DNA of 64,000 nt from the IMG/VR virus record IMGVR_UViG_2667528152_000001; one strand, written 5' to 3'. This stretch comes from an uncultured virus (IMG/VR IMGVR_UViG_2667528152_000001). Its lineage: Duplodnaviria > Heunggongvirae > Uroviricota > Caudoviricetes. Numbering within the stretch: position 1 is the first letter of the stretch; every line of letters starts with the position of its first letter. The notes below the pieces were generated by a model, which searched no databases, had not been told where the DNA came from, and worked only from the letters and a program-made list of their open reading frames with translations. Both the position numbers and the translations under genes were made by a program. Of the stretch, positions 59,078 through 64,000 are shown piece by piece.

Positions 59078-59284
59078 CTATGAAATTAAAATGGCTTCTA
59101 GGACTTTTCCGGGGTCTACCCCTAAAATATCCGCTAGCATTGCCACTTCTGACGCATCAAATGATTTTTTTGGTTTTTTACGTTTCTGATAAAATCCAGA
59201 GCGTGTAAAACCCATTTTAGTCGCGATAACTTTCTTTTTAATTCCGCTATCATCAATCAATTGCTCGAAAGCATTTTCCTGCAT
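59078..59284 (-). CDS. Cro/Mor-like HTH protein
   Basis: SGIKKKVIATKMGFTRSGFYQK...F...E...LADILGV. Confidence 0.8.
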   Translation of the reverse strand: MQENAFEQLIDDSGIKKKVIATKMGFTRSGFYQKRKKPKKSFDASEVAMLADILGVDPGKVLEAILIS

Positions 59285-59353
59285 TCCCCCACCCCCTTTC
59301 TATCTGTTTTTAGTACCTCTAATCTGCTATAATGTGAGCAGAAAGGAGGTGAA

Positions 59354-59527
59354 TGTAAAGATATTACTTTCTATTTTTTCGATGGCGTAACAACAACTGG
59401 TTACTTATATCTTCAAAGTCTTAAAGATAATAATTTTTCGAGCCGTTTAAAGAATGTCCTTAAAGAAGAAGGTATCCCTCTTACACCAACTTCTATCACA
59501 AGGACTATCGCCAAACTAACCTTGTGA
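59354..59527 (+). pseudogene. C-terminal remnant of a DUF2513-like moron
   Basis: GVTTTGYLYLQSLKDNNFSSRLK has no in-frame start behind the promoter and SD. Confidence 0.4.
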
Positions 59528-59725
59528 TTTTGTAAAACTCTTGGCAATTATGGAAAGTGTTACTTCAACATAGCCATCGCCAAGGGTTTTTGTCTTTACA
59601 GAATCTTCAATAACATAATGAATCCTTTTATCATCTATCAAGAAATGATTATCGGTTTCAATGATGTTATGAAGCTTCGGCGCTGGATAGTTTTTTTGGC
59701 TATACGGATATTTTTTGGGGCGCAT
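59516..59725 (-). CDS. Small phage protein
   Basis: MRPKKYPYS N-terminus. Confidence 0.6.
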   Translation of the reverse strand: MRPKKYPYSQKNYPAPKLHNIIETDNHFLIDDKRIHYVIEDSVKTKTLGDGYVEVTLSIIAKSFTKSQG

Positions 59726-59779
59726 CTATTCCACCTTCTTTCTGTGGTATAATTTAAATAAAAATTGTGAGGTATTATT

Positions 59780-60475
59780 ATGAGTAAAAAATCTTGTTTC
59801 GTAGTATCTGCTATCGGTGAGGAAAGTAGCGAAATTCGGAACCACTCAGACAGTGTTTTAAATTATATAATTAAACCTGCATTGATCGAAAAGTATCAAG
59901 TGACCAGAGCTGACGAACTGTATCATTCAGATAGGATTGACGATAAAATATTTGATGCTTTATCCACAGCAGACTTGGTAATTGTTGATATAACAGGAAA
60001 TAACCCGAATGTCTTTTTAGAACTTGGGTTTAGAAAAGCGTTGAACTTACCTACTATTTTCCTTAGACAAAAGACTGATGAAGATATCCCTTTTGATATT
60101 AGAACTATAAATACCATTCATTACGATCTCAAAAACTCTGAAAGTAAGGTTGTGCTTGATTCTGTCCAAGAAACAATTAGACGAATTCAAAAAACAGAAG
60201 AAAACATTGATTTTTCTATAATCCATGAACCAAACGACCAAAGTGCTTCAGTGCAAGATATTATCCAATTAAAAACTTCAATTAACAACATCTATGATGC
60301 AATTGAAAATTTATCTGATAAAATAGAAAATAATTCTACTCAAAAAAGACCAATGACTCAGGAAGACTTAATTATGATGGCTTTTCAAGAGCCAGAAAAG
60401 TTAGAAAAGATTTTTGAGTTACAAACAAAATACCCTAATGCCTTTAACAGCCCTTCGAACGCTCTAAACGACTAA
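59780..60475 (+). CDS. Nucleoside 2-deoxyribosyltransferase/TIR-like fold protein
   Basis: CFVVSAIG, RADE, ADLVIVDITGNNPNVFLELG and IPFDI; own TGgTATAAT promoter. Confidence 0.8.
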   Translation: MSKKSCFVVSAIGEESSEIRNHSDSVLNYIIKPALIEKYQVTRADELYHSDRIDDKIFDALSTADLVIVDITGNNPNVFLELGFRKALNLPTIFLRQKTDEDIPFDIRTINTIHYDLKNSESKVVLDSVQETIRRIQKTEENIDFSIIHEPNDQSASVQDIIQLKTSINNIYDAIENLSDKIENNSTQKRPMTQEDLIMMAFQEPEKLEKIFELQTKYPNAFNSPSNALND

Positions 60476-60621
60476 TTCGCTCCTCAAGGCCTTTGATATA
60501 ACCTCTTAAGAATGAGATTGAGGTTGTATTTTCTTCTTCGTTCTGTTCTATTTTTTGAACTTTTTCTTCAAGATTAATCATTTTTCTGACCCCTCTCCTT
60601 TCCACTCCCACTTGGGAGTTT

Positions 60622-60780
60622 TTATTTTGTAATAAACCAAGCGATCAGCCAAGTGATACCACCTAGCACTAACAGTGCTGGCAATACGCCACCTTCAAAT
60701 TCAATACTTGTTTTTTCTTTGCCATTACGACTAGTAAACGTGTGTTCTAGATCGCCAAACATTAGTTTTTTCCAATTCAT
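60622..60780 (-). CDS. Small membrane phage protein
   Basis: MNWKKLMFG...GGVLPALLVLGGITWLIAWFITK. Confidence 0.6.
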   Translation of the reverse strand: MNWKKLMFGDLEHTFTSRNGKEKTSIEFEGGVLPALLVLGGITWLIAWFITK

Positions 60781-60837
60781 TTTGTACCTCCTAAAAATGT
60801 TATAATCAACTTATCCTAGCAGAAAGGAGGATAAGCT

Positions 60838-61020
60838 ATGTATTTTGTGATTAGAAAATCTTCTAATAACCAGTTTTATTTTGTAATAAAAGCTGATAAT
60901 CATGAAGTTGTGGCAACTAGTGAGACTTACTATTTTAAAGATTCTGCCATTCGAACAATAAAATCTATTAAAAAAGGTATCTCTACTGACTCTAATGTCG
61001 TTGATATGACAAGCGATTAA
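60838..61020 (+). CDS. YegP/DUF1508-family protein
   Basis: FYFVIKADNHEVVATSETY...IKSIK. Confidence 0.85.
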   Translation: MYFVIRKSSNNQFYFVIKADNHEVVATSETYYFKDSAIRTIKSIKKGISTDSNVVDMTSD

Positions 61021-61139
61021 ACAAACTTGTTAATTCAGCAGAACACTCAAGTAAGATGGCTTTATTAAACTCTGGGTCGCTATTTGCTTCTTGGAGTTTT
61101 TTTATAATGTTTTCTAATTCCTCCATACAATTCCTTTCC

Positions 61140-61283
61140 TCATAGAAGTTCATTTCTTGGGTGGAACTCTTTTGTTTCCACCAGCTGAATACCATCCACC
61201 GTGATAATAATCTTGCTATGTAAACATGTCTTCGCTAGAAATTTTGAACCAGCTTCTAGTTGTTTGATTAAATCCTCTGGCAT
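61140..61283 (-). CDS. Small phage protein, 47 aa
   Basis: MPEDLIKQLEAGSKFL...IIITVDGIQLVETKEF; SD aaaggag. Confidence 0.6.
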   Translation of the reverse strand: MPEDLIKQLEAGSKFLAKTCLHSKIIITVDGIQLVETKEFHPRNELL

Positions 61284-61373
61284 AATCTCTCCTTTCATTC
61301 TTGCAGAGATACAGCCGATGTGCTAAACTAAACTTACCCCGTTAGGGGTGGGGGAATTTCACCCCCTATCCGA

Positions 61374-61475
61374 TTACCTCGTAATCAGATATTTGATTTT
61401 GAGCTTAAACCAAAGAATCTTGATTTCGACTTCTAGTTCTTTGTGTTTAGGCTTTTTGTTTAGCCTAGATTTCAT
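61374..61475 (-). CDS. 33-aa leader peptide, first ORF of the lytic operon
   Basis: MKSRLNKKPKHKELEVEIKILWFKLKIKYLITR; SD aaaggaggt. Confidence 0.65.
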   Translation of the reverse strand: MKSRLNKKPKHKELEVEIKILWFKLKIKYLITR

Positions 61476-61521
61476 CAGCTGTACCTCCTTTCGTTTTGCT
61501 TAATTCCTTAAGCTTGATTAT

Positions 61522-61633
61522 AGTTTAACATCGTGTTTCCTTTTTGTCAACTATTTTGTGTTAAAAAAGTCAACTTTTTTGAATTTGATTTTTTGCCATT
61601 TTTGTTGACATTTTGTAAACATGTAATTATAAT
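61522..61633. promoter_or_regulatory. Genetic switch: divergent promoters plus three operators
   Basis: Minus strand TTGACA-17-TAAACT (61522-61550); plus strand TTGACA-17-TATAAT (61605-61633); 17-bp operators at 61535, 61558 and 61604. Confidence 0.8.
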
Positions 61634-61666
61634 GTAGATAATTAAGCTATAAAAAGGAGAATTTAT

Positions 61667-62416
61667 ATGGCTTCCACTATCGCATTTCCGGCAATGGTCA
61701 AAGAACTTAGACTTAGTAAGAATTTGACTATGGAACAGTTAGCAGAAGAACTTGGAAAAACAAAGTCGACAATATCAAAATGGGAAAAAGGGACGCGTTC
61801 TCCTAAAATATATGAGATTGAAGAGATAGCAAAATTCTTCGGTGTAGCGCCTAAGAAAATGATGTTTGGAGATAATCCCACTTCGATTAATCCCCAAGTC
61901 GAACTTATCCCATCAATCCTACAAAAAATAACCACAACATCATCACAGCTTGAACACAAGCGACAACTAAACGTGCTTGATTATGCCGAAACACAATTAG
62001 AACAACAAAACACAGTAGAAGATAGTAAGAATACAGTAGTAGAATTATTCTCTTACAACTACTACGACCATGCTGCTTCTGCTGGTACAGGGCAGTATCT
62101 AAATGATGTACAAGTAGAAACAATTGAATTGCCAGTCGATTATGACGCTGATTTTGTTATTCCAGTCTATGGTGATTCTATGGAACCCGAATATCACTCT
62201 GGGGACTACGTATTTGTAAAATTATCTGTAGAGCTCGTAGATGGCGATATAGGCGTTTTTGAATATTACGGTGACGCTTATATCAAACAGCTACTTATAC
62301 ACGCAGAGGGGGCATTTCTGCATAGTCTGAACGACAAGTATAACGATATACTCATAGATAGAGATAGTGATTTCCGTATTATCGGAAAAGTTGTCGGCAG
62401 TTACAGGGAGAGTTAA
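61667..62416 (+). CDS. CI-like repressor (HTH plus S24 peptidase)
   Basis: XRE HTH, cleavage site ASAGTG, GDSMEP and YIKQL. Confidence 0.93.
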   Translation: MASTIAFPAMVKELRLSKNLTMEQLAEELGKTKSTISKWEKGTRSPKIYEIEEIAKFFGVAPKKMMFGDNPTSINPQVELIPSILQKITTTSSQLEHKRQLNVLDYAETQLEQQNTVEDSKNTVVELFSYNYYDHAASAGTGQYLNDVQVETIELPVDYDADFVIPVYGDSMEPEYHSGDYVFVKLSVELVDGDIGVFEYYGDAYIKQLLIHAEGAFLHSLNDKYNDILIDRDSDFRIIGKVVGSYRES

Positions 62417-62417
62417 T

Positions 62418-62975
62418 ATGCTGGAAAAAGTTGAACGCTTAATCTCGGAAATTAATAGAATACACCTTGTTTATTCGCAAGATTATTTTGAAACTGGGAA
62501 AGTTGAAAAGATTAATCTAAAACATACCTTTTCAAAAGTACCTGTCAAGGCTATCCTAGACTATCGTTTAAATCTACACGAATCCATCAATGATTATTTG
62601 ATGAAAGCCGATGTCAAAGATATCCCTTACGTCTATCGTGTCAAAACATCAGAAAGCATCTTAGACAAAATTGAGCGTTTTTCCAAAAGACAAGATGGTT
62701 ATCCTGTGAATTCTATTCTTAATGATATTTTTGGCGCTCGTATCATTTTATCTTCTGAGGATATTTCACAAGTGATGGAGCAACTTGATGAATGGAAAGA
62801 TAAGTTTGACTTAAAAAACTGGTATTTACGAGATAAAGATAATTACACAGGAATACACGTTTATTTCAAGAATAAGAGCAATCACTACTATCCTTGGGAG
62901 TTGCAAATTTGGGATGAGAAAGATGTTGATCAGAACATTGAAAGCCATAAATTATTTAAACGTCATTTTGTATAA
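62418..62975 (+). CDS. Small alarmone synthetase-like (RelA/SpoT synthetase domain only)
   Basis: RVKTSESILDK, LNDIFGARII, YTGIHVYF and WELQIW. Confidence 0.8.
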   Translation: MLEKVERLISEINRIHLVYSQDYFETGKVEKINLKHTFSKVPVKAILDYRLNLHESINDYLMKADVKDIPYVYRVKTSESILDKIERFSKRQDGYPVNSILNDIFGARIILSSEDISQVMEQLDEWKDKFDLKNWYLRDKDNYTGIHVYFKNKSNHYYPWELQIWDEKDVDQNIESHKLFKRHFV

Positions 62976-63043
62976 CGTGCCATTTTACCCCAGTCGAAAC
63001 GTAAATAGGAAAATTAATAACTATGTGTAATATCTGAACCACG

Positions 63044-63157
63044 TTAGACGACGTTAAAGACTTTAACGTTTACAGATTTATGAAAGTTTACAAATTAAAA
63101 ACAATAGCGAACGAAGCTATGGTTGTCAATGAGTTTAGGAGAAAATATGGAAAATGA
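63044..63157 (+). pseudogene. Possible C-terminal remnant of an ImmA/IrrE-type gene
   Basis: LDDVKDFNVYRFMKVYKLKTIANEAMVVNEF resembles, from memory, streptococcal phage ImmA tails. Confidence 0.4.
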
Positions 63158-64000
63158 AGTTTTACATGCAACTCACGAGGGTAAATTAGTCTTAGATAAT
63201 ACAACTATTGATGTAGCAGTTTTAAATAACGGTCAGCGAATCATCACCCAAGCTGGTGTTTTTAAAGCATTGGACAGACCTAGTAGAGGCAATACCCGTG
63301 TGATCGGAATACCTACTTTTATGGATGCAAAAAACCTTCAACCATTGATATCAAAGGATTTAAGGGGTGTGATCAACAAAATTGAATATAGGGATTTAAA
63401 TGGTAGGATTCAATTAGGTTTTGATGCTAACATTTTACCGCTAGTATCAGATTTATATTTAAAAGCTAGAGAAATTGGAGCTATCAAATCAGAAGCTCAG
63501 ATGAGAACTGCACAAAAAGCGGAAATGTTAGTTCGCTCACTTGCGAAAGTTGGTGTTACTGCTTTAGTAGATGAAGCTACTGGTTATCAATATGAGAGAG
63601 AACGTTTTGAGCTTCAAAAAATATTTAAAGCATATATTAGTGAAGAATTACTAAAATGGCAAAAGATGTTTCCAGATGATTTTTATATGGAAATTTTTAG
63701 ATTGAACGGGTGGAGCTACGATGTTCAATCAATTAAAAGGCGTCCAGGTGTTGTTGGTAAATGGACAAACGAATTGATTTATAAAAGACTGCCTGATGGA
63801 GTGTTAGAAGAATTAAAAAGAAGAACTCCAAAAACAAAGAAAGGTCAATATAAAGCTAGATTTTTCCAAACTTTAACACCAGATATAGGACATCCTGATT
63901 TAAACGCTCAAATTTATAAAGTTCTTGGGATTATGAGAATTTCATCTAACTGGAAAGATTTCAAAGAGAAATTTAATGTTATGACATCTAGAGAAGACGG
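63147..64000 (+). CDS. P63C-domain protein (runs off window)
   Basis: ATHEGKL, LAKVGVTALVDEATGYQ, WQKMFPDDFY and RPGVVGKWTNELIY. Confidence 0.85.
   Translation, partial: MENEVLHATHEGKLVLDNTTIDVAVLNNGQRIITQAGVFKALDRPSRGNTRVIGIPTFMDAKNLQPLISKDLRGVINKIEYRDLNGRIQLGFDANILPLVSDLYLKAREIGAIKSEAQMRTAQKAEMLVRSLAKVGVTALVDEATGYQYERERFELQKIFKAYISEELLKWQKMFPDDFYMEIFRLNGWSYDVQSIKRRPGVVGKWTNELIYKRLPDGVLEELKRRTPKTKKGQYKARFFQTLTPDIGHPDLNAQIYKVLGIMRISSNWKDFKEKFNVMTSRED

Larger units (their letters stand above)
3033..64000 (-). mobile_element. Streptococcal siphovirus prophage (continues past window end)
   Basis: Ordered lysis, tail, head, packaging, replication and lysogeny modules, with paratox next to the att site. 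Confidence 0.95.

Overview
AT-rich Streptococcus chromosome, probably S. agalactiae judging from the B30/PlyGBS-type lysin, paratox and Tn916 (species is an inference). 1-3050 is a decayed integrative element: a frameshifted TM2-domain gene, a degenerate IS3-family element and a broken tyrosine integrase. It ends at an att core matching the 3' end of a tRNA-Arg. From about 3033 to beyond the window end lies a siphovirus prophage. Its lysis, tail, head, packaging and replication modules are on the minus strand. The lysogeny module (cI, a RelA/SpoT-like synthetase, a P63C protein) is on the plus strand, and the integrase is off-window. A complete 18,032-bp Tn916 carrying tet(M) is inserted in the prophage at 30330-48361. 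The portal gene has an in-frame amber codon, so the phage is probably defective. The best candidates for novelty are: (1) three sequence-unrelated cassettes with one shared architecture (short peptide ORF, GC hairpin, then a fold-back copy of the peptide's start region abutting an antisense extended -10 promoter); (2) a cluster of three aberrant tRNA-like RNAs in the late leader; (3) a STAS/GHKL partner-switch moron next to csbD and paratox; (4) stand-alone SAS-like and NDT/TIR-like candidate defence genes. Product calls come from motif recognition and synteny, not database searches.
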